NCBI GenBank assembly: GCA_028534125.1
Contig: CM052817.1
Location: 5,148,001 to 5,212,000, forward strand
Length of the DNA: 64,000 nucleotides
DNA from: Lama glama
Taxonomy: Eukaryota
Direction of reading: 5' to 3'
Shown here piece by piece: positions 1 to 12,222 of the stretch. A program made the translations under genes and the position numbers. The notes under the pieces were generated by a model. That model was not told the DNA's origin, ran no database searches, and saw only the letters and a program-made list of their open reading frames with translations. Positions within the stretch are counted from its first letter, which is position 1; each line of letters begins with the position of its first letter.

Positions 1-339
1 GCTTGGGGGAAGGGGTTAGTTCTTTTGATATAGAACTTAAATGAATATAAAACCAACAGAAGGTCAAAAAACACTGATCTGGCCTTAACATGACCTCGAA
101 CAGCGCACCCGCAGAAACAGTAACACCTCGCTGTCTCTGGATCGCTGATCTCGGTGGGGTGGTGGCACAGGCACATCTGGGAGAGAAGGCCGGGAAAAGA
201 TGACTGTTCTCGGCAGGATCCTTGGTGCTGGGCTGGAGAACTTTTATTTTGTCAGTTTCGGAGGAAACGTGATTTTATTTTTTGCTGTTAAAAGACACAG
301 GGGCAAATGAGATGAGGGTGTGGGGAGAAGTAAGATTTA

Positions 340-900
340 CACAAAGTGGGGTTGGGGCTCGGCGGGTTTTCTGCGCCTCCTCTTTATGGCCTCTTATCCC
401 GGGGCCCAGGCTGGCGGCTCCCGGGGAGCTAGCGGCGGTGATTGGCGGCTCTCCGGGACCGACCATTGATGACTGCGGGGTTCTAATCTCCAGGAAACAC
501 AAGGGGCTGCCGTGACCATTTAGGGGGTAATTATCCGAGCGCGCAGGGACAGCGAATTCCCTCGCCTTTTAACTGGGCGCAATAAAAACTGTAGATTAGG
601 GGAGTCCAGATTAAGGAAAATGAATTACTAAAGCGGGAACTTTATTACCCGGACGGCGTCCGGGGTCTGGCGGGAGGGGTCGGGTTGCGAGCGCTGAGGC
701 GGCTGGAAGCCTCACATCCGTCCACAGACGCTCAGGCCCGGGGCGGGTTCGGGAATACTCGGTCTGTGAAGTCTAAGCCGCCTCTCCAGACTTCTTAGCC
801 CTGAGACTGCAGCACAAGCATCCGGCAGTGTTTAGGGCCCCCAGCTCGCGTAGGGCCCGGCTGGAGCCACGGCGAAGGGACACGGCCTCTCCAAAGGCAC
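340..900. promoter_or_regulatory. CpG island (orphan; no associated exon seen)
   Basis: High GC with many retained CpGs (e.g. ggcggctccggggagctagcggcgg, gagcgcgc, cggacggcgtccgggg); no interspersed repeats; G4-type motif at 662-684. Confidence 0.75.
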
Positions 901-1379
901 CAGGGATCAAGGAGAATAGTGTCCCTCCTCCAGGCGGGGAAATCGCAGTCCCAGAGGTTTGCCTGGGGGAACAAGGATGTAAGGCCATACAACCCAACTT
1001 TAGAGCTGAGTGACCTGCCATTCAGCAAGGCCGTAGGCCCAACATCTTGCTAACAGCGCAGCCCGGATGGCCAACTTCTATTGCCCGCATTTCCAATTAA
1101 ACTTTCCCTGGAACAGGCGAGCCGGAATCTCACTCTGTACTCGGATTGAAGAGGGAGAGGAAACCGAGGCTTCTTGGCTGTTTAGGTGAACACTTAAAAA
1201 GTGAGAAGTGTGTCTTTCGGATGGGACCTACTTTGTTGCACCCTTGCCTCCCAGATCACCTTGAGAATCTGATATAACTAAGAACTTCCTAACTAGAAAA
1301 CGCACATCAGCAGAAACAACTTCAAAGGCTCTGTAGCCACTTGGAGACCTCCAGATAAGGACCCTTGCTTTAGGGTGGA

Positions 1380-2330
1380 GCTGGGGCTCGAACTCCAAGA
1401 GTGGAGGCGCGCGGCGCAGAGGGGGCTCAAGGCTGTGTCCGGCGGGCGCAGCAAGGCCAGGCCGCAGGGCGGGGGCCGGACGGCCGGGCGGCGGGAGAAG
1501 GGCCGCATCGCTAATTGCGGGGATAAACAATCTGTCACGATCCCTCAGAGCGCCTAATAGGCAGACGAGGATGTTGTTTTTAGGCGCCAGCGGCGGCCCG
1601 ATCAAAGGCAGCAGCCGGCTCAGGGGCCCTTGAAGTCGCGCCCCCGCCTCCTGGGAGCAAACCTCCTAAGCCCGCAGCCCCCAGCCCTGCCGCCCGCCCC
1701 TCGGCTTCGCGAGCCCGTCCCGAACCCCATGGCATCTTTTTAGGTTCGGTCTGGGTTCGTGTCAGCTCTGGCTCGGCGCGGCGGATTAGCGGCAAGCACG
1801 CGTTGCAGAGAGAGAAGAGTGTCTGCAGAGGGAAGGGGGTTCAGAGTGGATTCCACGCGGAATCCATGCTCAGATAGCGCGGAGCTCTTCCACTTATCTG
1901 CCCCTGGACTACGGAAGAAGATGCCCACGGTCTCAGGGAAGGGAGTAAGAGAAAAGAAACAAAATGTCTATCTGTCCCCCTGGCGTGTTGTTCCCGCGGG
2001 AGGAAAGGCACAAGTTTCGGGCAGTGAGGGAGCATTCTCTGCGTTTATTTTTGTCTGGGCCTTTTCGGATTTCCCGGCCGGCGGGTTCCGAGAGCTGACA
2101 GGGCCGGAGTGCCGCGCCTGTTATCTCGCCACCAGCACTAACCCCCAGGCGCTTCTACCCCCGGCATTTCTCCGCGCGGCCGCTGTGGCCAAGAAAGCCC
2201 GGCTGTAATTCATGCCTGGCAAGGGCAGGGCTGGCCCGCAGCAGATAAAGCTCGGGGACTGGCGCTGGGCTTCCGTCCTCGCGCGCTCCTCTCCCCTCCC
2301 CTCCTCGCCCGCCTTGCTCCATCTCCCTTC
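1380..2330. promoter_or_regulatory. CpG island, strongest in the window
   Basis: Dense CpG and GC-box content (ggcgcgcggcgc, gggcggggg, cccgccc, ctcgcgcgc); TCF/LEF-type ATCAAAG at ~1601. Confidence 0.85.
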
Positions 2331-3289
2331 ACTCTCGGGCATCTTAAAACTCTCCCCGTGCCCCAACAAAGCATCTCAGCATTTTGGCCCCTAAAGACGG
2401 TGTGTCCTGCGTCCCCTCACTGGGCAAGTGATGGTGGTGTCCGCCCCCCCAAAAAAAACTTCCTATTTTACGGGACTGTGTGGTGCGAGAGGAAGGGTGG
2501 TGTTTTTTGACTACCCCCTTGTGGGCAAAGATTCGTTTTGAGAGGGATCCCATCTTAAAGACCCCTGCGACTATCTGGGTATTGCGCACGGGTCAGATGA
2601 GCTTGCAGGCGATTCTCTCATTTGGGCATTCGTTGTCGCCTCCCTTGGGTTTTTGTTTACGCCCCTCCCCCCTTTCTCCTTGCATTTTGTGGCTTCGACC
2701 CAGGAATCCCGCGTGCATTTTTAAACTGTGCAGCTCAGTGGGATCCTTCGGCAATTAGCGAGCCCCAAACAGTCCTCTTTAATAGAATGAATGTGCTATG
2801 AAAACCGATTACCCGGAACGATTTATTTTGGTGGGAATTCACCAATCTCCAGGAGGGTGACGGAGGGGGAGAGTGGGGAGGTATTTTGTCCTGAGGGAAG
2901 GGGGATTGACGGGTAGACAGAAAGCAGGACCCCGGGATCCCCCAACCTGCGGAGGGGGGCTCCCGACCCCGAGTTCTCCAGTCTTTTGGCCTCTGTAGCC
3001 TAGAAGTCAAACAGCTAGGAGTCAGAGGTTTGCGAAACTGTCCCAGAGTCACTGATGGTGTCCTTCGGGAGGGTTTCACAGCTTTCCAGAGAAAGACTCT
3101 GAAGAGCTAAGAACTCCAGGAGTCTTCAGCTACTGCCTGAATATCCCAACCAAAAAGCTTTCTGCTTTCCCGGGACGTGGGCAGAACTTAACGCCTTTCA
3201 AGAGTTTTGGTACCCTTCTTTAATGCGAAGTCAAAAAAAGCTACTTGTAAAAAAATGTTTTCTCCTTCTTGCTAATTCCCCCGCTTAAA

Positions 3290-3720
3290 TGGGCCCAGCT
3301 TGTGCGGTGGAATTGCCCAAGTGCGGTGAATTTCAGCCGGCGCCAGGGAGAAATCCACAAGCCCGACTCCCTGCTTCTTTCCTCTTCCTGCCCTTCCCCC
3401 CCCCCCCTTGCTTCTTTCCTCTTGGTCAGGCCAGGGCTTCCTTGTGTCTTTAAATTCGGAAGGGGGTGAGGGGGCCTAGATCCGCGGGGGGAGAGAGGGG
3501 CCCCCCTTTCAAATGGCCCAAATTAATGTGATCGCGACATGAGGGTGCACTTGGGGAAGATGAAAGCGGAGGCCGGCCGGCTCCTCCTAGAGCTCTATAA
3601 TTATAGATAATATATCCCATTTCAAAGCAATTAGACCAATCAGGCGTAACGAACCACTTTGCTGCCGACGAATAACAAAGGCGCAGGGTTATTTAAGCCT
3701 GGAGATGTCAGGCAGACCCC
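3290..3720. promoter_or_regulatory. CpG-rich candidate enhancer/promoter element
   Basis: Retained CpGs, palindrome TCTATAATTATAGA 3594-3607, TTCAAAG 3621-27, CCAAT 3636-40, AACAAAG 3674-80. Confidence 0.55.
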
Positions 3721-3934
3721 GAGGCTCCAGGGGACGACCAAACGTCTTCCATCCTGACTCTGCCCACCCTGGGCCGAGGAAGGTTCACCCTTCTCCCCCC
3801 AAGATCTGCCCAGCATCTCAGTTCCGGCTGGGGCCTGGAGGGGTAGGGGGTTGGAAGAAATGGAAGGAAGAGAATTGACTTTTTTTGATCTGGGTGTCAG
3901 GGCTCTTGTCAGAGGTTTCACAAACTTTATCCGA

Positions 3935-4090
3935 TTTAATCCTCTCTACCCTGGGAGAGAGGTATTATAGGCTTTTTGTTTTTTTTTTAATCCCTTCCAG
4001 ATGACAGACTAGAATCAGAGAGGTTAAGCATCTTGCCCAGGGTCACACAGCTAGTTAGTGGTGGTGCCAGGATCTGGACACAGGTGGGTT
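3935..4090 (-). mobile_element. MIR SINE fragment
   Basis: cagagaggttaagcatcttgcccagggtcacacagctagttagtgg matches the reverse MIR core. Confidence 0.85.
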
Positions 4091-5240
4091 GGAACCCCCA
4101 ACCCACTCTTTTCACTCTTTGTAGTGGTCTCCTTCATTGAGCTTTCAAAGATGAAAAGCATTAAAATACAGAGGATGCTGGCAGAATTTGGTGGCACCAC
4201 CTCCCAGTCCCTCTCCCAATCCACAAAATGGGTTTTTGGTCCAGCACTTCCTACCCTTCTCTCCTCCTCCTCCCCTTCTGTTGCTCACCACCTTCTCATG
4301 TCCTGAAAACTGTCCAGTTTTCCCATGAATTTATCGAATGTCGAAGATCTCAATTCTCTCTGAGAAGAAAACTGACCTAGGCTGTGAACTGCTTCACCAG
4401 CTAAGGGCCATTTTTTTTTTTTCTGAGCCTCTGTTTGTCACCTTCAAAGGGGGCACACTCCTCCTCAGCTCAGATACATTGAGTTCAGCCCTCTGGCCAC
4501 TGTGGTTGCACCCTGGGGCCATTCCACTGGACTCCACACTGTGGCAGATTCCCAGCATTTCGAGCACGCATCCAGAGGTGTCTGGGACCTTCCTCTGGAT
4601 TTACAAATTCCTCTCCTGTGGGAGGATGTGGGATAGGGGAGGCTGGCCCTGCTTTGCGAATAGAGGGAGGCCCAAGGTCCCTGTGCAGGTGGGGAATCTT
4701 GAATTTCATCCCCAGCTCGGTAACCTGGGGAAAGAGGCAGAGCGGGAGGCCAGACAAGAAGGGGATGGGCAGGAACCATGATCAAGAGACAGGCAAAAAG
4801 ATGCTCAGCTTCGGAGATGGCGGGAGGATATAGCAGATGGATACAGGGATGCTGACAGCCAAGCGTCTCTGCGATCCAAGCACTTCTGAAAGACCTAAAT
4901 ATTGAGTAGAATGGAAGGCAAGTTTGAGATGCCTAGGAAGGCCAGAGCTGAGACTGGGAAAGAGAGCAGTCTAGGGGCGCCCAGGGAGTATCCTCTGAAG
5001 TGTGGACCCACACCACTGGCTAGCCAACGGGACAATGCTGAGTACTCGGGCACAGAAGCCACCCCTTCTGATACCAGGAATGGTCCCTCCAGACTGTAGA
5101 GAGATGGGGGCAAAGTGGTCTGGGAGGCCCTTGGGAGCCTCTCAACCCAACTCCCACTTCTGCCCCTCTTTCTCTCTGGGGTCTCTCCCTCAATCCCTGG
5201 CTTTTGATCTGCCTTTCCTGCACCTTCTTTTTCTTAGTTT

Positions 5241-5248
<8 letters not shown>

Positions 5249-5297
<49 letters not shown>
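5249..5297. repeat. (CT)n microsatellite in a pyrimidine-rich tract
   Basis: About 24 perfect CT units. Confidence 0.97.
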
Positions 5298-5301
<4 letters not shown>

Positions 5302-6651
5302 GTCTCGGTCTCTTCGGGTGGATCTCGTGGGTGGATCTCACAGCCTCTATCTTTTCATCTCTCTGCTCTGTGTCATTCTCTGTGTCATTGTCTCTCTCCA
5401 TTACCATGTCTCTTCCCTGGCCTCGCTGACTGTCCCTTTCTCGCTGTCTCTCTCCTCCTCTACCCTCCTCCCCATTCAGTTGGAATCACGACCCTCAAGT
5501 CACTCAGAAGTTCACGCGACTCCAGTGAGTTCTTTCTGCAGATAGTTTTCCATTTCTGGGGCGGCAGTCGGCACCTTTGGGAGCATTAGGTAGCCCTTCT
5601 CCCTGTCCTGCCTCCTGCCTCTGCCGCCCATGGCCCGAAGCTAGTAGTAATTGGTCTCCCCATCTAGACCTTGAGCTGCTCAATATATCTTCCCTTAGGG
5701 TCATCGAGAAGACAGAAAAGGAGAGTGGCAGGGGCCAAATGGGACCCAGCACAGGCTCTCAGTGGGCTCCGAAGACATCCCAGGTCACCCACACCGTCCC
5801 AGAATCCGAGGGCAGAAATGTCAAATGCAGAGCTGGGGAGGGGGTGAGAGTGGCCAGGGAACTGAGGGAGCCGACAGCACAGAAGGCAGCCTATCTGTAA
5901 AGAGAGGCCCCTGACCCTGTTCCAACCCTCCCTCCAGTGCCAGGCACTTAGGTCTGACCCCAGCCAGTTCCTTCTTGGCTACTCACAACCCACTCCTAAG
6001 GATTCAGACGGGCACAATCCAGGCCACCACAGGTCTGGGCACTCTTATCCTCCACCTCCACCCTATACCCTGTTCCCTTCCCACCTTTGAGATCCTTGGA
6101 CCTCACTTTCTTTGCCCATGAGCATGAATGAAGGATGCTCATCCCACAAAGTGAGCTGGGTACTGCCCTCCTGGGTAGGATGGAGGGGTAAGGGAGATAG
6201 TGGCAGAGAAGCCTCCAGCGTGTAGTAAGCGCTCAGTTGGGGCGCTGTGGAACACATGTTCCATAAATAGGGAAACTGAGGCCCAAAGAGGAGTCATTTT
6301 CCCATGGCCTCTGAGCTAGAAGCCTACAGGAATGGCACTAAAACATAGGTTGTCCAACCCCTAGTGCAGTGCTCATCCTTCCCCACCGCCGGGAAGGTCA
6401 GGAAACCTGGACGTTCCAGCTGTGACCAGTGGCTTGCACCTTTGCGACCTCACAGAGGACCATGTCCATTTGAGAGGATTCAAATGCAAAAAAAAAACTG
6501 TAAAGTGCGGTGCACCTTGGGACACTCTAGCCTTGGTAGATTCAGGGAGCATCTGTCTGTCCCACCTCTCCTGTCAGGGCCAGGGCACCGGCTCGCCTGA
6601 GCCCTGGGACAGGGTTCAGTTCTTGGAGCCAGGCCCCTGGAGGGAACCCGC

Positions 6652-6800
6652 TTTGACTGAGCACCTACTATGTGGTAGATGCTCCGGATGCATTATCACA
6701 GTCAACTCTCACGACGGTCCCCGAGGGGACATCCCACTTTCCAGATGAAAAAACCGAGATTCAGAGAGTTGAAGTAGCGTGTTCCGGGCAGCGCAGCCGG
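6652..6800 (-). mobile_element. MIR SINE fragment
   Basis: tgagcacctactatgtg ... cccactttccagatgaaaaaaccgagattcagagag. Confidence 0.75.
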
Positions 6801-6939
6801 GGCATGGGGACACCAGGACTGGGAAAGGGAAGAAGGGGAGTCTTTGTTGTCCCCTTCTCAGTCTCTGCCTGGGGTAGATGGGCCGTGGGGGATGTAAATG
6901 CCTGAGGTTTTGGTTCAGTTGTCCCCCCAATCCCACTGC

Positions 6940-7120
6940 CAGCGGGTTTAGGCTGGATTGTGGTGACCGCCGGACTGGACTTCCTCAGACCCTCAAATTT
7001 CAGGTGCGCCGGGCCGAGGCGGGGCCGCGACTCCCTACAGGGCCACGCCCCTCGCCGTGCCACGCCCCTCTGGACGCTGCGGAGTCCTGGCCCCGCCCGC
7101 GGCCTCGGAGGTGCGTTATC
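6940..7120. promoter_or_regulatory. Small CpG island with GC boxes
   Basis: gcgccgggccgaggcggggccgcg, ccacgccc twice, ccccgcccgcgg (SP/KLF-type motifs). Confidence 0.55.
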
Positions 7121-8019
7121 CCATGAATGATAAACCCCTGCCTGGACCTCAGCTGCTACATCTATATAATAGACATAATGAGCCTCACTTTGTCGTCCTC
7201 ACGGAGACTGTGTGAGGAGGATTCGAGTCCAGGGAAACTGGAAAAATGAGGAGCCGAACGCCAGGACGGGGAATAATAAGTCTCATTAATAATAGTTAAC
7301 ACGTATTGACAATTACTATTGCCAAGCGTTGTTTGGAACTCTTAACGAGTCATTTAATCCCGACAGCATCTCTATTTTTATTCCTGATTTACATTTGAAA
7401 GCTGGAGTTAGTTTACATCGACAAAAATCAACATAGAAACACAGTGCTCTAAGATTTCTCATGGTACCTCAGGGGATTCTCAGGGTGCCCCACTGCATGG
7501 AGGTACCTCACTTTGGAGACCCCAGCTCTGGACTCCCTGATGGGGAAAGGGCAAAAAAGGCTGTAAAGCCCGGCCCCGCCCACAGGGCCTGGTGCTTCCA
7601 GCTCGGATCTCTGCGAGTGGCCAGCTGGGGTGGCTCCCCACAGCACGCTTGTGTGGGCCCCCAAGATGAGTTCAAGGCCTGGAATAAAGAGGGGACACTT
7701 CAGAGGAGAGGTGGATGGATGACTATCTGGCTGCGTCAAACCTTCAGCACAAGGCAGACCCCTAACTCAGAGCACCCCCATCCAGCCAGAAGCAACCTGG
7801 CCAGAGAGCTGAGCTTTGGGAGGAAGGTCAGTTCATCTTAGCGCTGATTAAATAGTTCCTGAATGACGTTTTAAAAAGAACACTCAGTTGCTGGCTCTGC
7901 TGCATTTTAAACGTCCTTTGAACTTGAAGATGAGCTCTAGCCGCCTCTTCCTCTGCACATAGGAAGCCGAGGTCCAGAGGGATCAGACAACCTGCTCCCT
8001 GTCACCAGAAAGGCCCAGC

Positions 8020-8550
8020 GGCGTGCCCCTGGCCAGCTGGCCACCTCCACCCTGCAGTACGTCCCCTGGCGGCGCGTTTCTCCTCGCCTGTCGGACACCG
8101 CCTGCGGGGTCTGGGGGATGCTGGAAGGATGTGGCAATGCGACTTTCATCCAGAGGCTCCACCCTCCCGCGAAAGCTGAATTTCCCTCCCTGAGCCTTCC
8201 TGACGGGAGAATTATTCTCCCAGGCAGCCCCCTCCCCAGCTTTTCCTGCAGGAAAGAGCAAACCGTCTCAGGGCCCCTCAGCAGCTGAAGGTGCCCCCAG
8301 CCCTCTTGAGCTTCTCCCTTCCCAGCCAGGGATGCAGGGCAAGCCCACCTGAAAGGGACCCTTTCCATCCCTGCGGAGACCGCCTATCTGATCAGATGGT
8401 GAGTCCCGGGACGCAGCCCAATTAAGTGAAAAGAGATCCGGCCTTATCAGGTTCAGGCGTAGTCCCGGCGGTGGTCCCGCGGCGGCCCCGGAGGGTCCCT
8501 GTCTGTTTGATTTTCCTGCTCAGACACACTTGTTTAAACAGACCCATCAG
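8020..8550. promoter_or_regulatory. CpG-rich candidate regulatory element
   Basis: Retained CpGs (ggcggcgcg, cccggcggtggtcccgcggcggccccgg) plus a motif cluster at 8386-8540. Confidence 0.5.
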
Positions 8551-8884
8551 GGCCTCCAGTAACCGGAGCCAACCAGGAGCGTGATTGCCACAGAAGGGGA
8601 GGCCGGCTCAGATGGTGAGGTAGGGAAAGGCGAATGGGACAGACCGGGCAGAAGCACCTTTAGAATCTGGAACAGTCTTCCTCTGGTAGTTTGCTCCGCG
8701 AGTTCCAATCCTGGCTCCACCCCTTCCGGCTTTGTGCCTTTGGAGGAGTTCCTCCTGCCTCCCTTTCTCATTATGGGACAGGATTAAACGAATAGGGACA
8801 CCTCTTAAAGTGCTCAGAGGGACTTAGTGACCTGGGAGTCCCCATCATAGCAACCCCAAGAGATGGATACTCCAAACCTGAGAT

Positions 8885-9020
8885 GTGGGTACCACTGTGT
8901 CCCTTTTAATAGGTGAGGAAGCCGGGCTCCAGAGAGGTTCGGTGACTTAGATGTCTGGAGGCAGCATCCTAATCCAGCCCTGGGGCCCCAAAGCCTGTTT
9001 TCTTTCCACCCCACGCTGCC
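8885..9020 (-). mobile_element. MIR SINE fragment
   Basis: aggtgaggaagccgggctccagagaggttcggtgactt ... ctttccaccccacgctgcc. Confidence 0.7.
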
Positions 9021-9199
9021 CTGAGGACAGTTCCAAGTTCAGGGTCAAGGTCAGGGTTCTGCACCTGCATGGTGAGGGGAGGGGCAGAGCACAGTGACAC
9101 AGAGGAGTCGGCCATCTCCTCTTCAGGGTCCGTGGGGCTCTCTCCTCCCTACATCTCCCAGCATGATGCCTGCTTCCCCTCCTCCTCCCCTCCAAATCT

Positions 9200-9576
9200 G
9201 GTCCCATCAGCGGCCACCTTGGGTGCCTTGCTGTTGCCCACCCACTCCTGCCTCAGGACACCTGAAATGCTCTCTCAAATATCCCCATGGCTGCATCCCT
9301 CACATCCTTTGAGGTCTTTGTTCAGATGTCACCGTCTCAGAGAAGGCTGACCTGACCACCATCCCCCAGCTGATCACCCCTCTATCCGTCTTTATTTTTC
9401 TCCATAGCCTGCATTGCCACCCAACATTTTATTATCATTTCTGTGATTATCTGTCTCTCCCATTCAGCGCCATAAGGGCACATGCTTTATTCTGCTCATG
9501 ACTGGCTCTCCAGCACCTAGCACGGTCTGGGCACCTAGCAGTTGCTCAATAAGTATTTGTGAATGACTGAATAAAT
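9200..9576 (+). mobile_element. L2 LINE 3' end (followed by a MIR fragment to ~9715)
   Basis: aggtctttgttcagatgtcacc ... cagcacctagcacggtctgggcacctagcagttgctcaataagtatttgtgaatgactgaataaat, the typical L2 terminus. Confidence 0.85.
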
Positions 9577-11764
9577 CTGCAAACTCGCCATGACTTTAGC
9601 AAAGTTACTGACCTCGGCATGTCTCCTTCTTCTCATCTGTAAATGGGCCTAGAAAGTCTACCCACTTGATGTTGTGAGGAAGAAAACAAGAAAAAGCATG
9701 TGCAGTACTTGGTGCAGTGAAAGTTCTTTTCTGACCAAAAGAGGTCAGTGGGTTTTCCAGAAGATTCTTGTTGTTAGACAGAGTGATGCAACAGGACCTA
9801 CCTCGGTGCCAGGTTTTGATCGCTCAACCTCAGGAGATAAAGCCACTTCCCATCCGATGGTTCATCTGAGCTCAACGTGACTATCTGACTAACCAGATGT
9901 CGGGGCATTTTGCAGATGCAAGGGCAAGGCCCAGAGAGATCAGGACACTGCCCGGTTGTCACGTTTCCAAGAGAACTCACTTGGCTCTGCTCTAAGTCCC
10001 CATCCCAGGACTGGCAGCTGGTTGGTTGACATTCTCGGACCTGAGCCAGGTGCCATCCTTGGGAGGGCAGTGATGTAGGCTCAAATAAGGTGGCTCCTTC
10101 GGAGGAGCTGGTGCCAGGAGGACACTGGGGCTCAGGGCAGCTTGTGAGTTGAGGGCCTGGGAGAACAGACAGAGTTTGGACCTGTAAAATGGAGGAGAAT
10201 AAGCCGGTCCACAGCATGGGCACACCAGCAGGAGGCAGGAAGGTGCAGGTCATGTGGGGTGCAAAGGCCAGGAGGTGACCCCAAGACTTCATGGCAACCC
10301 TGCCTGCCCTCTGGGGTTCCCAGACACTCTGGGCTCTTGGTCAGGGACAGTGTGGGGACATCCGTGGACTCCGTTTTCCCAGCAATAACAGTCATTAAAG
10401 CTGCATTCTCAAGCCCTTATTATCCTGTGTTTACAACCCTTCCAGAAAAACAAAAGCCAGCCCAGCCCTCCTCTCCCCACTTGACAGGCAGGCGTGTTAA
10501 TTTCCCTTTCTGAGCGCAGAGAGAAAAACCTTCCCTGAGCTCCTCCTGGGGCTGGGCAGTGACTTCTGTAGCCTCTGGTTGCCAGTGAGGGTGTGTTGTA
10601 GACTTTCCATCTTTAAAGGTAAATTTGTAAGAATTTTGTGGACCAGCATTAAGACTTTCCTCTCACGATGCAAAGAAGGGCAGTGAGATGGGAAGGCAAG
10701 AGGGCAGTGATGCTGGCTCTGTGTTAAGCACTTTAATTATCTTCTTGCAAGCACCCAACAACTCTTACACCCAGACACTGTTAACCCACTCAGCGGATGA
10801 GAAAACAGACGCAGCGAGATACTGTGGTCTGAGGTGAGGTACTTAGTGGACTGTGTTGGCTTCTGACCTCAGGCACATGGAGAACATTAATGATAGAATA
10901 ATTACCCCCGTGAAACTTGCCAAAGTCTCACGATATGCAGACTCTCTACACACATTACCTGGTTTAATCCCCCTGGCCATGTGGGGTTCACGTTGTGATC
11001 TCCACTTCACGGGGTGGGCATTGGTGGTGGCAAAAACGATGAGGATGGTGTGATGAGGTAACTTTCCCAAGGTCGATCAGCTCCTGGAAGCCGAGCAAGG
11101 ACTTGAACTTTGTAAAAAGTGGAAGTTGCCCCTTTGTGGGGGAAAAGACAGGAGAGGCTGGTGAAACCAAAATGAAAGGAAACCAGTGTTTTGTGTTGTC
11201 TTTTTCCGCTGGCAGGAAGAGCCCCCTGTGACTGCGCCCTGCCCACACGTGCTCCAACATCAAAGATGGGGGCGGCAGGTCCCTCTGGTGCATTGGGGGC
11301 AGATCAATCCCAGGCCAGGGGCTGGGTCTCAGCGAGGGAGGGAGCTCAGATGAGAGTGGGAGAGGGAGGAAGAGGAGCGGGAGGAGGGGGAAATGAGAGT
11401 CCATGAAAGCGCTCCTCCCTCCTGCTCTGCTCGGTTTGCTGAGCATGTGCAGACCCCCGGGGGGAGGACAGGGGTCTCCAGAGAGGAGACTTTGAGGAGC
11501 TCAGCCAGGGCCCTCCTGAATGGGGACTCAGAGCTTCGGCATGAGAACTTAAAAAGTAAAAATCCGTGCTGTGGAACCCGCTGTGGCATAAATAATCCCA
11601 TCAACTGTACAGACACTTCATACACTGGATGCCATGTACTCTTCATGACCGATCTGCGAGGTGGCCTCGTGGCCCCAAATTTCTGGGAGAATAGGTTGAG
11701 TGACTTGCTGAAGGTCACTCAGCAAAATGGCCTCCCGACTGTACGTCAGAGTCGTATTAGGACG

Positions 11765-12222
11765 TGTGCTGGTGTCCTAGGGCAGCGTAGCGAAGTACAA
11801 GAGCGTGTGGCTTAGGAGAGATTTTTTCCTCTCATAATTCTAGAGGCTAGACAGAGATCAAGGTGCCAGCAGGGCCACGCTGTCTCTGAGACTGTGGTTA
11901 GAATCCTTCCTTGCCTCTTCCTGGCTTCATGGTCTCCAGCCATCCTTGGTGGTTCCTTGGCTTCCAGTTGCATCACGCAAGTCTCTGCTCTGTCTCCTCC
12001 CTGTATATCTTCACGTTGTCTTCCCTCTGTATGTCTGTGTCCAAATTTCACTCTTCTTATAAGGACAGTAGTCATATTGGGTTAAGGTCCCACCCTTCTC
12101 CAGTGGGACCTCATCTTGATGACTTCCGCAAAGGTACTGTTTTCGAATGAGGTCCCATTCGCAGCTATGGGTGGTTAGGACTTCAACTCGTCTTTTTGTG
12201 GGACACAGTGCAACCCACAGCA
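11765..12222 (-). mobile_element. MaLR solo LTR (MLT1B/C-like), full length, 5-bp TSD
   Basis: TG...CA ends; aaggtgccagcagggccacgctgtctctgag and cttcttataaggacagtagtcatattgg blocks; flanks GGACG (11760-64) / GGATG (12223-27). Confidence 0.9.

Noticed and set aside
243..280. Two minus-strand AATAAA signals as the 3' end of a transcript
   Set aside because: No supporting exon structure; hexamers alone are too common
1228..2369. Overlapping ORFs in the CpG island as possible exons of a TF gene
   Set aside because: Pro/Arg/Ala/Gly-rich chance ORFs; no homeobox, T-box, LIM, bHLH, forkhead or zinc-finger motif in any frame
5002..5589. 195-aa ORF with an LS repeat
   Set aside because: Driven by (CT)n and a pyrimidine-rich tract lacking stops
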